Positions 9,788-19,572 of a DNA stretch of 64,000 nucleotides are shown here, in pieces. Numbering within the stretch: the first letter of the stretch is position 1; each line of letters starts with the position of its first letter. A program made the translations under genes and the position numbers. The stretch spans positions 1 to 64,000 of IMG/VR virus record IMGVR_UViG_3300027763_000040. One strand, given 5' to 3'. The DNA comes from a virus. Under the pieces are notes generated by a model. It was not told the DNA's origin. It did no database searches and saw nothing but the letters and a program-made list of their open reading frames with translations.

Positions 9788-10356
9788 GATTCCTCTTGCA
9801 TTGTTGCCCACGACGTGACAATATATTTATTCTGTTCTATGGGTGGATTTCCCCTATGAGTATGAGTAAATCCTGCAGGAAAGATGAGAACTTTTCCTTG
9901 TTCTGCATTTATTCTTTTGTTTAAGTATAAAAACTCCGTCTCCCCACCTTCCTTAACTGTATTAAGATATAATTGTATTACTAATACTCTATTTGAACTT
10001 GCATATGTTCCATTTTCATAATGCCAAGTATGGGATCCTCCCCCACTATCAATTTTTGTAGCTTTTATATCATATAATAAAAATTTGTTCTGCGCTAAGA
10101 TAGAATATTTTGCCAAATACTCTTCAATATACTCCTTAATATTTGGAAGAAATAATTCTCCAATCCAACTCCAAGATTTTAAATTGTAAAAATGTGTAAA
10201 ATTTATTGAATTGTCATCAATTTTGTGCTTAAAATTCCGACTTGGAACAACAATTCCCCTATCTTCAAGTAAGTCGATATGTTCAATTAATTGTTCACAA
10301 AAATTTTGAGAAAATGCATTTTCATATGTGCCCAAAAAATTGTCATGATTTTTCAT
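9784..10356 (-). CDS. Prolyl-4-hydroxylase-like 2OG-Fe(II) oxygenase
   Basis: WHYE, LYLNTVKEGGETEF, IFPAGFTHTHRGNPP..KY. Confidence 0.9.
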   Translation of the reverse strand: MKNHDNFLGTYENAFSQNFCEQLIEHIDLLEDRGIVVPSRNFKHKIDDNSINFTHFYNLKSWSWIGELFLPNIKEYIEEYLAKYSILAQNKFLLYDIKATKIDSGGGSHTWHYENGTYASSNRVLVIQLYLNTVKEGGETEFLYLNKRINAEQGKVLIFPAGFTHTHRGNPPIEQNKYIVTSWATMQEES

Positions 10357-10377
10357 ATTATTGAAATAATTTAAAAA

Positions 10378-10385
10378 TATTTATA
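10378..10385 (-). promoter_or_regulatory. T4-type late promoter
   Basis: TATAAATA about 20 nt upstream of the ATG at 10356. Confidence 0.7.
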
Positions 10386-10403
10386 ATTAGGTTTAAAAAT
10401 CAA

Positions 10404-11396
10404 CTATACCCCAAGTTCAGATCCAGAAATTGGATTACCAGTTATGGTATAACTGCCTCCGATACTATAGTTAACAATAACTCCATATCCATTAGAACCT
10501 GCTCCACCACCACCATTAGCAACTACATTACCAACTCCACTGCCGCCATTTTGGGCGGATGTAGATGAATCTCCACCATTACCACCAGTACCACCAGCAG
10601 CATAACCTCCATGATTTCCTCCACCTCCTCCAGCACCTCTCACAGTGGTTCCAGCGGAACTTCCCGGTCTTCCCCCTACCGCTGTTCCACCACCACCATT
10701 GCCGCCGCCGCCCGCAGGCAGGCCTGCTCCACCGCCCCCACCTCCTCCGGATGCTGACCATGTTCGTCTGCTTTTTTTACCACCTGTTGCACTTCCAGCA
10801 CCTCCTCCACCGCCTCCACCACCATAACCACATTGTATAAGTCCATTATTTGTGATTGCAACTGGATATTCAACTATTAGAGCACTAGTTCCAGGTTGTC
10901 CATTAATGTCACCACCCGCACTGCCATCACCACCTCTACCGCCGCGGCCAAGAATATATCCATTACTAGCAACATTCATTAACAAAGTTGTGTCTGCATC
11001 CCAGGATCCCGTAGCAAGGGAACCATCGCCCTGCCCCTGGGCGTAATAATTTGCAACTGTACCATTTACATTAATAATTACTTTTTTACCACTACTATTG
11101 GATGGTGGACTTATAAATCCACCAACAGTCTCTGCATAAGTTCTATTGACATAACGAGACCTTGCATTAAGTCCACTATATGAAGTGTATGTTAATAGTA
11201 CTGTATTTAATCTTGTGCTATAAAAATCACTAAATTTTATTTCTCCCGACTGTGGAATTCCTTCGGCAAGTGGAAGATTAGTCAAACTACCAATACTTTT
11301 ACTCATTCTATATGCACCAAGATTTCTTCCTGGTGGAAATCCGTGTTCTTGAGAAATTTCAGAAAAACTTAATGAACCAGATGCTTTTATAGTCAT
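10404..11396 (-). CDS. Glycine-rich tail-tip adhesin-like protein (gp38-like architecture)
   Basis: Short N-terminal domain (SGSLSFSEI...GEIKFSDFY), then INVNG/GRGGRGG and poly-Gly segments. Lies downstream of an S74-bearing fibre. Confidence 0.65.
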   Translation of the reverse strand: MTIKASGSLSFSEISQEHGFPPGRNLGAYRMSKSIGSLTNLPLAEGIPQSGEIKFSDFYSTRLNTVLLTYTSYSGLNARSRYVNRTYAETVGGFISPPSNSSGKKVIINVNGTVANYYAQGQGDGSLATGSWDADTTLLMNVASNGYILGRGGRGGDGSAGGDINGQPGTSALIVEYPVAITNNGLIQCGYGGGGGGGGAGSATGGKKSRRTWSASGGGGGGGAGLPAGGGGNGGGGTAVGGRPGSSAGTTVRGAGGGGGNHGGYAAGGTGGNGGDSSTSAQNGGSGVGNVVANGGGGAGSNGYGVIVNYSIGGSYTITGNPISGSELGV

Positions 11397-11416
11397 ATTA
11401 CCTTAAGTTTTTTATG

Positions 11417-11424
11417 TATTTATA
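11417..11424 (-). promoter_or_regulatory. T4-type late promoter
   Basis: TATAAATA about 20 nt upstream of the ATG at 11396. Confidence 0.7.
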
Positions 11425-11426
11425 TT

Positions 11427-12128
11427 TTATGTAAATTTTTTCCAATATTTTTCATTAATGTATCCCATAGAGTATGATAGATGTTCTTCTTTCAGAATTA
11501 AAGTAATATCTCCAACTATTGCCAATCTTTCTCCAGTAAAAACATCGGACATTGCATCAGTGCAATGAATTGTTTTACTTGGAAATAATACAACATTTCC
11601 TTCTTCGGGTACTATAAAAAATGTCTGACTATTGACTTCATTATATGATTCTACAAACATTCTTTTATGTGATGGATAATCATTATCATTCATCCCAAGA
11701 AATAAACTATTTGGTTGATGTTGATTTTTAAATGTAATTGAATGTGAATTTTTTGGCATATTCAAATAATATGCAAAAGATATATGACTAGTTGAATGAA
11801 TATGCCATTGAATTTGATCTTTTGCTTGTCTTGCTCTAGATAACCAAGTTTTAGTAATTACAACATCGAACATATCTTTGAGTAATAAAACCTCATGCAT
11901 ATATTTCTTAACATGAATTACAATTTCTTCAAATAATGGATTTAAAGTTTCTTCTAAGTGAATTAATGGATTTCCACTATTTTCACTCACCGTATTTACA
12001 TCTTCCCCATCTTCTTCATAATCAAATTTTGGATATACTTTGTAAAATTCTGCTTTATGATCCTCATGGTTATTCAATCTTCCAGCATATACCGTAGTTG
12101 GAAAAATATTAAAAATATTGTAATTCAT
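11427..12128 (-). CDS. Putative 2OG-Fe(II) oxygenase (TIGR02466-like)
   Basis: IFPT N-terminus, WHIH..S.IS.AYYL, PEEGNVVLFPS...H, R. Confidence 0.8.
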   Translation of the reverse strand: MNYNIFNIFPTTVYAGRLNNHEDHKAEFYKVYPKFDYEEDGEDVNTVSENSGNPLIHLEETLNPLFEEIVIHVKKYMHEVLLLKDMFDVVITKTWLSRARQAKDQIQWHIHSTSHISFAYYLNMPKNSHSITFKNQHQPNSLFLGMNDNDYPSHKRMFVESYNEVNSQTFFIVPEEGNVVLFPSKTIHCTDAMSDVFTGERLAIVGDITLILKEEHLSYSMGYINEKYWKKFT

Positions 12129-12153
12129 TAAAAATAATCAATTTAAGATAAAA

Positions 12154-15100
12154 TTATTTAGATTTCTTTAACTCATCAATTTCTTTTTTGAGTTCTTTAA
12201 TTGCTTCAATGAGAAGTGGTACAAGTTTATCATACTTAACTGTTAAATACTCATCACTTGCTGGAGCAGGACAAACTGCTTCTGGAAGAACTGCTTGAAC
12301 TTCTTGTGCTGATACACCTGAATGTCTTAGTGATACATCAAATCCAAGTTCTTCTCCAATTTCATTGAAGTTATAAGTAAATCCACGGAGTTGAAGTACC
12401 TTATCCAAACCATCCTTAATTGGTTCAACATTAGTTTTTAATCTTTCATCAGAAGCAAATGCGATAATATCACCAGCACTTGTAAGTCCACCACTTCCTA
12501 CTGCAGTTCCACCGTTGATTCCCCTAAACATTAAAGTATCTGAATCACCATTTCTGGTTGCAGTCATATTTTCCCTAAATCCATTGGTAATACCAGGATC
12601 TGTACTTCCAGAAACTGTTATTTTAGTTTTGTCTGGTAGGGTAACTGTAACATCACTGCTATTGTTAAATGTGGAATCGACTCCAGATCCCACAATTCTG
12701 ACTGATCTTTGGAGTTGTCCAATTAATCTATTACCTGCAGTAACATTACCAGTAGCACTAACATTACCGCTAGCACTAATATTACTAGATACTGATAGAC
12801 TACTTGATAATGTAGCAGCACCAGTAACTCCAAGTGCGCCAGATACTGATAGGCTACTTGATAATGTAGCAGCACCAGAAACGCTAAGAGTTCCTGCAAT
12901 AGTAGAAGATGTATTTGTAAGTCTTAAAATTTGATTTTCGGATCCACCTGCATTTTTAAGAATAAATATAGTTTCACCACCATTAGCAGTATTATAAATT
13001 CCCCATACCCCATCAGATCCACCAGAACTTCCAAGATCACCTTGACCCATTCCACTTGTATTGATATTCAGAGCATTTACGGTTGCTGATCCAGCAGCAA
13101 CTAAAGTCGAATTGAGTGTTGTAGCGCCATCAACTGTTAAAGATCCACCTAAATCTGTTGTCTTTGATGCGGCAACACCAAGATTTCCACTCAAATTAGT
13201 GTTGCCAACAACACTCAAAGTACCACCAAGAGTTGTAGATTTTGAAGTAGCGACACTTAAATTTCCACCAATATAAACATTCTTTGCGATTCCAGCACCA
13301 CCAGCAACTCTTAATGAACCTGCGGTGATACTTGTAGATTCGGTGGTATTATTAGCATAAAGAATTCCACCAATATTAACATTTTTTACAATTCCAGCAC
13401 CACCATCAATTTGCAAAGATCCCGTTGTTTCACTTGTAGATTCAATTGTATTATTTCCGTATATAATACCATTAACATGAATACTGCTAGAAATTCCAAC
13501 TCCACCAGCAACTATTAAAGATCCTGTTGAGGCACTTGTAGTTTCGGTGGTATTATTGGCATACACAGTTCCACCAATTTGAACATTTCTTGAGATTCCA
13601 GCTCCACCAGAAACTATTAATGACCCTGTTGAAACACTCGTAGACTGAGATGTATTTTCTGCATAAACAATGCCGCCAATATGAGTATTTTGTAAAATAC
13701 CAACTCCACCATTTACAACTAAGGCGCCACTATATCTACTGATAGAAGGTGTGACATCAATAATTTTTACTTGTTTGCTAAATGTTGTTTTTGCTTTAAC
13801 TCTAACCTGACCATTGAGTGTAAGAGGTCCATTAAACTGAGATAGAACTTGAGCAGAAACTCCACCCTCAACCAACAATCTTTCTTTAACTGTGACTTCA
13901 TCAAAGACCACACTTAATTTTGTTGGATCTTGACCAGTTACAGTTGGATTTGGAATATCATAAGAAACAACTTCTCCACTAGATGCTATGGTTTTAGTGT
14001 TTCCGCTGAATACATCACCTTTATTGTTCATTCCAGTGTAAATAACCGCACCGCAAGATCTTTCTTGTGCCTGCGAAAGAAACTCTTCTCTTTCTGTAAG
14101 AGATCTAATTTGAACTTGTGGAAGACCAGTAGAATAGTTACCAGGACCAAATCCCATGTATTCAAAAGTATGTCCAGAAGCACGTAGAATAGATGGTCTT
14201 CTAAATTCTACCGCAATTGGAGAAATTTTACGAATTAATGTACCCGCATCATGTTCTTCTTGAAGAGTGCCGAGGGATCCACGAATAACTCCAAATGTGG
14301 TTTCACTACCAGAACTGGTAATTCTCATAATTTCATTATCAAGTTGAATATAAGATCCTAATGGGAATCTTTGAGCAATACTTGATATTCCTGCTATTCT
14401 TGGTAAAACAGTAATACTAGTCTCAGTTGTAATTGAATTTACTAGTTTCAGAGTCTCTTTTGCATATAGATGCATTCCTCTCGTAGCAAGACTTTCGCTT
14501 CTCTTGTCAGAAACACCTTCATTTGCAGACATTCCATGCTTTAAGATATATCCATTTGTTGCAGAGATTGATTTATAAGTATATGTGGTAAAAGTAGTTA
14601 CTCCAGATCTTACATCTACAACATAATCTCCAAGATTATTATTTGAAGAATCGAGGATTCTAAATTTATTTCCACTAACTAATCCATGTGCCTCTGGGCA
14701 TGTAATTGTCAGAACTCCTGATGTAGAGTCGTATGATGTTGATGTAATTCTGACAGAAGGTCCAACAATAAATGCATACTGTGAAGTAAAAATTGGAGAA
14801 TCTCCAGAAGTTTTAGCAATACTAATTCTATTGTTATCTGGTATGGATGTAATTCGATAATATTGATTCGAAGAACTTGTTCTACCAACACCAGCAGAAC
14901 CTGAAATTTGAACAACATCTCCAACATTTGTGGAAATACCAGCAGTTGCTAGAGTGATATAAGCATTTGCCGCTCCACCAATAACTGTACTGTCAAAATA
15001 TAGGATATTTCCAGAACTATAACCAGATCCTGGAGCAATAATACTTGCAGAAGTTACAGAATTTCCGACACCAGAAACTGTAACTTTGGCAGTTGCACCA

Positions 15101-18100
15101 TTCCATGTGGATAGGGTATTTTCATTATAAAGTTTTACATTATAATATGTTCCTGCAGTTTTTCCACTACCACCAGTTAATGTTGAATAATTTACAACTC
15201 CTGATAAATTATGATCTTTATTAATAGTTATAGTTGCACTTGTTGAGGAAGATGAAACTGAGGAAATTCGAAGGCCCCTATTAAAATCAAGTAAAAATTT
15301 GTCGATAGTTTCTCTGGTGACACTCTTCTCAAGATCACTAGTTACAATATCTCCTACGGGAGATCTTTTTGCATATGTTACTGCTGATTCCGGATTTGAT
15401 TCATAATTATCTCTATCTAATTGTGGATATAAATCAACCGAATTTTGACTATATTTTAGATTTGTAAATTCTGTGGCAACGGCATTGCTTGCATTCAGTA
15501 AGTATAAGTGATATATTCCATTTTGTTTTCCTTGAATATAAGTTGATATTACTTCATTTCTATAGATAAAAATATTTGATTGTAAGTCATTTCTTTCATA
15601 TCTTGGAAGATTTCCACTGCGAACATTTAAATTATTTGTAAATGTTCCTATCACGTGTGAAATTCCATTGACATCAACAATGGAATATGTAAATGACATG
15701 TTATTACTGTCAACAGTAACAACTCTAAATTTGCCATTATATCCATCGGTAAAATCATCACCTCCAGGATTACTGGTATCAGTTACATACTTAACGTTAA
15801 TAATATCTCCTACCTTCAAATTGTGAGGTAATTCAGTAGTTACCGTAACATAAACGCCATCTGTTTGGCATTTTGCAATAAATCTTGGATTTTTTTGAAA
15901 ATCATAATCATTTTGAGTAATAGATGGCCTGGTAAAATCTGCATCATTTCTTACACCAGTTGAACTCGATTCTTGAAGAACAAATCCTGATTCTGGATTT
16001 TTGGAGTTTGTAAATTCTGCAGGAATTACCACTCTAACTTTATAGAGTTTTTCATCAAGTGCTCTTCCATCAGTAACTCTTTTAATATAAGACAAGTCTG
16101 TAGTTTCAGAAAGTTCCTCCACACCCAAAGTATTGAGAGCATTATAAAAAGAACTATCCTCTTCTACTTTAATATACCAATTTTCATTTACAGTGTCATA
16201 TTGAATTGGTGATCCAATGTCTCCCGCATTTTTATCAGATACTCTACTTTTAATTACGAGATTTGATCCACCATAAACTTCAAGTGCATTACCTAAAATA
16301 GCATTTGTATAAGATGCTGCTAATTGAATTTGAAGTGAATTAACTTTAATGGCATAATATAAAGTATGTTCGGTAATATTCTCTGGAAGATCACCAACTG
16401 CACTATTAATTATGACTTTTTCACCATCTTCCAATAAATTTAATGCGGTATCGAGGGTAAATGTATTTCCAGCTGGAGATCCAATTACTCGATAACTTTT
16501 TTCTGCGCTTATAAGACCAGTACCACTAGGGTCTGTCATATAAATTTTCGCATTATATTCCACACCATTATATGAGAAGTAGAGAATATCATTTTTACGA
16601 GCACCAACACGATATCCTTGAGTAAGACTTACTGGAATACCATCAGGAGCTGTGAAACCATAAAGATAAAGTCTCGAACTATCTGTCGTAGAATTGCCAT
16701 ATGATGTTGTAAGTCCAACATCTATAGATAACCATTCAATATCATCAGAATCAAATGGATTAATATCTCTTGGTGGAATTATTGATGTGATAAATGCTTT
16801 ATTATCTTTTGCAAACGCATCTTTTTTAAATCCTTCGGCGTTTAAAGAAATTTGTCCGAAGTTTGAGTTTGAGTTGGTAATAGATGCATCACCACCAGAT
16901 TGAACATCAAAATGCTTATTGAAACCAATTGCAAAAACAGAAACAATTTGAATAAATGAATCATTTTGAATTTTGATGTGACTAGATTCCCACCCGTTTC
17001 TATAAATTGCATCTTGATCTAAGTGATATACCTTAGCAGGATTAGTTTCAGAAGATCCTAAAGGAAGTGCTGCTCCCGATACAGGTTCAATATTAATTCC
17101 ATTATAAGTTCTAGTTGTTTCATCATACTTAACAAAGGCACGGTCATCCTTCTGCAGAGATACGGCAGTATATTGTGCAACAACCATGGAACGGAATCCA
17201 GATGCTTTTGATCCATCTGCCGTCATTCCATTCATTCCCCATACTGAACGCATCGAACAGTTGAAGATGTATGGAGATGCTCCAGATACTGTATCAGTTT
17301 CGACGGTTACTGTTGCTCCAGATACACTTGGATTTGCATCTAGATTAATTGGAAAACTTGCTAATAGGAATGTAAATTGAGTTGAACTTATTATTTCTTG
17401 AACTTTTGTTGATACATTATAGAATGCTTCTGAAACATTTCTAAGTTTTATTGGAGTTCCAACATTTAAATTGTGCTCAGCAGCAGTTGTTACTGTTACT
17501 CTATTTCCTGCTGTAGTTCCATTTCCAGAAAATAAATCAGTGATGTCAATGGGATCTGATGCAAATGCCCCAACAATTTCCCATTCTGGAGCTCTTTTTG
17601 AAAATCCTAATGGTTCTGCTGGGAATTTTGAGTCAATGTTTCGATAGGTATTATATGCATTTGAAACTTTACTATAATAGATATCAAGATCTGTAAGATC
17701 ATATATTGGATTAACATTTACACCATCAGCATATTCGAATACTGTTAGTTTATGGTGTGAAAATGTTGGAGTTGATTTATATGTATCAGTAAAATAAGTT
17801 GGATTTGTATAAACTAATCCGGTTTCATCTCCGTCAAATATAGATAATTGCCAAAAATAACATGCACCAGTAATTCTAAAGATTGCGGAATATGGTACAG
17901 AAGAATCTGTAGGATTTGGAACATATTTTGGTCTTAATTTTGTCTTTCTGAGGTCAAGACCAACAATCGAAGTACCTCTGGGTACTATAACTCCACCATT
18001 AATACTATTAAATCTATGGAGAATATTTTCTGGATCTGTTAAATCAAATGAAGAATTTAATTCTAAGGATAATACTTGAGCAGCAGGAACTCCCACTCCA

Positions 18101-18405
18101 CCTGTTGTGGGCACAGCATATGCAACTCCTCCATTATCATAAATGGCATAACCAGGTCTGTTATCAATTAAATGTTCGCCAGGAAATAATAAGATTGTTG
18201 TTTTCTCGGTAATATCATTATTATAACCTCTTAAGTAGGAAAATCTTGCAGATTCTAAAAGTGCTCTTTGAACAGTTTTGAATGGTTGTGCAAGTGAATT
18301 TCCTTGATTAGTGACTGAATCAGTGGCGTCAAGGTCATTTGGATTTACATAAAGAATACGACCTTCGGTATTCTTAATAAAATTCTCTAGCTTATTAAGA
18401 GGCAT
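12154..18405 (-). CDS. Large tail fibre/virion protein with C-terminal intramolecular chaperone (peptidase S74)
   Basis: 2083 aa. Cyanophage-type N-terminus GRILYVNPNDLDATDS, repeated ST.TGSL.V.GG.GI units, and C-terminal SDERLKTN...YDKLVPLLIEAIKEL. Confidence 0.85.
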   Translation of the reverse strand: MPLNKLENFIKNTEGRILYVNPNDLDATDSVTNQGNSLAQPFKTVQRALLESARFSYLRGYNNDITEKTTILLFPGEHLIDNRPGYAIYDNGGVAYAVPTTGGVGVPAAQVLSLELNSSFDLTDPENILHRFNSINGGVIVPRGTSIVGLDLRKTKLRPKYVPNPTDSSVPYSAIFRITGACYFWQLSIFDGDETGLVYTNPTYFTDTYKSTPTFSHHKLTVFEYADGVNVNPIYDLTDLDIYYSKVSNAYNTYRNIDSKFPAEPLGFSKRAPEWEIVGAFASDPIDITDLFSGNGTTAGNRVTVTTAAEHNLNVGTPIKLRNVSEAFYNVSTKVQEIISSTQFTFLLASFPINLDANPSVSGATVTVETDTVSGASPYIFNCSMRSVWGMNGMTADGSKASGFRSMVVAQYTAVSLQKDDRAFVKYDETTRTYNGINIEPVSGAALPLGSSETNPAKVYHLDQDAIYRNGWESSHIKIQNDSFIQIVSVFAIGFNKHFDVQSGGDASITNSNSNFGQISLNAEGFKKDAFAKDNKAFITSIIPPRDINPFDSDDIEWLSIDVGLTTSYGNSTTDSSRLYLYGFTAPDGIPVSLTQGYRVGARKNDILYFSYNGVEYNAKIYMTDPSGTGLISAEKSYRVIGSPAGNTFTLDTALNLLEDGEKVIINSAVGDLPENITEHTLYYAIKVNSLQIQLAASYTNAILGNALEVYGGSNLVIKSRVSDKNAGDIGSPIQYDTVNENWYIKVEEDSSFYNALNTLGVEELSETTDLSYIKRVTDGRALDEKLYKVRVVIPAEFTNSKNPESGFVLQESSSTGVRNDADFTRPSITQNDYDFQKNPRFIAKCQTDGVYVTVTTELPHNLKVGDIINVKYVTDTSNPGGDDFTDGYNGKFRVVTVDSNNMSFTYSIVDVNGISHVIGTFTNNLNVRSGNLPRYERNDLQSNIFIYRNEVISTYIQGKQNGIYHLYLLNASNAVATEFTNLKYSQNSVDLYPQLDRDNYESNPESAVTYAKRSPVGDIVTSDLEKSVTRETIDKFLLDFNRGLRISSVSSSSTSATITINKDHNLSGVVNYSTLTGGSGKTAGTYYNVKLYNENTLSTWNGATAKVTVSGVGNSVTSASIIAPGSGYSSGNILYFDSTVIGGAANAYITLATAGISTNVGDVVQISGSAGVGRTSSSNQYYRITSIPDNNRISIAKTSGDSPIFTSQYAFIVGPSVRITSTSYDSTSGVLTITCPEAHGLVSGNKFRILDSSNNNLGDYVVDVRSGVTTFTTYTYKSISATNGYILKHGMSANEGVSDKRSESLATRGMHLYAKETLKLVNSITTETSITVLPRIAGISSIAQRFPLGSYIQLDNEIMRITSSGSETTFGVIRGSLGTLQEEHDAGTLIRKISPIAVEFRRPSILRASGHTFEYMGFGPGNYSTGLPQVQIRSLTEREEFLSQAQERSCGAVIYTGMNNKGDVFSGNTKTIASSGEVVSYDIPNPTVTGQDPTKLSVVFDEVTVKERLLVEGGVSAQVLSQFNGPLTLNGQVRVKAKTTFSKQVKIIDVTPSISRYSGALVVNGGVGILQNTHIGGIVYAENTSQSTSVSTGSLIVSGGAGISRNVQIGGTVYANNTTETTSASTGSLIVAGGVGISSSIHVNGIIYGNNTIESTSETTGSLQIDGGAGIVKNVNIGGILYANNTTESTSITAGSLRVAGGAGIAKNVYIGGNLSVATSKSTTLGGTLSVVGNTNLSGNLGVAASKTTDLGGSLTVDGATTLNSTLVAAGSATVNALNINTSGMGQGDLGSSGGSDGVWGIYNTANGGETIFILKNAGGSENQILRLTNTSSTIAGTLSVSGAATLSSSLSVSGALGVTGAATLSSSLSVSSNISASGNVSATGNVTAGNRLIGQLQRSVRIVGSGVDSTFNNSSDVTVTLPDKTKITVSGSTDPGITNGFRENMTATRNGDSDTLMFRGINGGTAVGSGGLTSAGDIIAFASDERLKTNVEPIKDGLDKVLQLRGFTYNFNEIGEELGFDVSLRHSGVSAQEVQAVLPEAVCPAPASDEYLTVKYDKLVPLLIEAIKELKKEIDELKKSK

Positions 18406-18437
18406 CGGATTATATCAACAAAAATATTTCTATGTTT

Positions 18438-18444
18438 TATTTAG
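18438..18444 (-). promoter_or_regulatory. Late promoter variant
   Basis: CTAAATA upstream of the ATG at 18405. Confidence 0.55.
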
Positions 18445-18743
18445 TTAGTCAGATCCTCCCCATTAAACTCCATAATGTCTTCTGGTAGGTCTTGTGGATT
18501 CTCTAAATCCATCTCAAATAATAGTGGATGTGCCTCCTCATCTATCAAATAGAAAGAGTTCTTAAATAAATCTTCTGGTTCAAATGATCTTTGTTTGTCT
18601 GCCAATTTACACAGTTCTTTATCGTATAAGTGCCCGTCTGGTAATTCATCAAATGTAAAGGGAACTTGATTTATGAAATACATTTTGACTATCATACTAC
18701 CTTCATTATACCAGCAGTATGCTTGACTGATTTGATAAGACAT
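18441..18743 (-). CDS. Hypothetical protein
   Basis: 100-aa acidic ORF preceded by ATAAATA at 18764-18770. Confidence 0.7.
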   Translation of the reverse strand: MSYQISQAYCWYNEGSMIVKMYFINQVPFTFDELPDGHLYDKELCKLADKQRSFEPEDLFKNSFYLIDEEAHPLLFEMDLENPQDLPEDIMEFNGEDLTN

Positions 18744-18766
18744 TTAAGTATTTCAATATCTTATAT

Positions 18767-19231
18767 TTATTTTTTGTTTTTACCCCTATAAGTATCAGTC
18801 TGTGCGTGACAATTGGGGCACAGGATACGAAGGTTTTCTAAACGATTATCGTGATGGTTGCCGTTTATGTGATCTAATTCTATAGGTGTTGGTTGATTAT
18901 TCCATTCAGATATACCACAGCACTCACACTTATGTTCTTTGAGACCTTCTGTAATTAATCTTTTTTTAAGTTTATGTGATTGATGATGAGAGTTTTCAGT
19001 TAAGTAGTATTCTATTGGTCTTTTAGGTCCAAGTGTTTTTCCTTTACTCCAACCTTGCCCATTAGCACCATCAGCAAGACTAATGCCAAGTTTTTCTATT
19101 CTTTGTTGGGCAACTTTGTAATTACCACCTGCTTCTTTTAATCCAAGTTTTGATAATACTTGTCTTACGCTAGTAGATGTTTTTACTGCTTCAATAAATT
19201 GATTATCAGTGTAAGTTCTGGGTTTTCCCAT
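18767..19231 (-). CDS. Free-standing HNH endonuclease (putative homing endonuclease)
   Basis: CECC...ELDHINGNHHDNRLENLRILCPNCH, with a helical N-terminal domain that may bind DNA. Confidence 0.9.
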   Translation of the reverse strand: MGKPRTYTDNQFIEAVKTSTSVRQVLSKLGLKEAGGNYKVAQQRIEKLGISLADGANGQGWSKGKTLGPKRPIEYYLTENSHHQSHKLKKRLITEGLKEHKCECCGISEWNNQPTPIELDHINGNHHDNRLENLRILCPNCHAQTDTYRGKNKK

Positions 19232-19240
19232 AATAGTAAC

Positions 19241-19272
19241 GGCAAACTCTATTATTATTTATAAAATTTGCC
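19241..19272 (-). promoter_or_regulatory. Late promoter TATAAATA (19256-19263) inside a 12-bp RNA hairpin upstream of the HNH gene
   Basis: GGCAAATTTTAT-AAATAATA-ATAGAGTTTGCC, ending 9 nt before the HNH ATG. Confidence 0.7.
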
Positions 19273-19279
19273 TTTTAAG

Positions 19280-19562
19280 TGCGAGTAGGGAGACTTGAAC
19301 TCCCACGGGCAATGCCCAACAGATTTTCTTACCACTATAGTTTTCACTACCCTTTCGGTTTGTGGTCTGGACTATACCTTCACCATACCTTTCGGTTTAG
19401 GTGTTCCCCGTCTAGTCTCTACACCTTCAAGATTTCTCTTGCTTGGCTCGGTATTGCCATTTTACAGGTTTCACCGAATTTGAGGAATTACACTCATAAA
19501 GTTTCCTAAATGAGGCTCAATTTTCATAAGTCTGGTGTGTCTACCGATTCCACCATACTCGC
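19280..19562 (-). tRNA. trnL: tRNA-Leu(UAA) interrupted by an intron; exons 19562-19528 and 19327-19280
   Basis: 5' exon GCGAGTATGGTGGAATCGGTAGACACACCAGACTT and 3' exon AAAATCTGTTGGGCATTGCCCGTGGGAGTTCAAGTCTCCCTACTCGCA. Perfect 7-bp acceptor stem, long variable arm, spliced anticodon loop CU-UAA-AA. Confidence 0.95.
19328..19527 (-). ncRNA. Group I intron (IC3-like), 200 nt, no ORF
   Basis: Follows exon U and ends in G. Guide GAG pairs with exon CUU. Core elements: P AAATTCGGTGAAACC, Q AATACCGAGCC, R GTAGAGACTAGACGG, S AAGGTATAGTCC; P7 is GACTA/TAGTC. Confidence 0.93.
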
Positions 19563-19572
19563 TTGTGAGACT

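Noticed and set aside
10565-11046. GC-rich patch with several overlapping short ORFs, suggesting foreign DNA
   Set aside because: Explained by poly-glycine codons in the adhesin-like gene.
19279-19509. Plus-strand ORFs of 76 and 62 aa
   Set aside because: They are antisense to the tRNA-Leu and intron, which fully explain the sequence.
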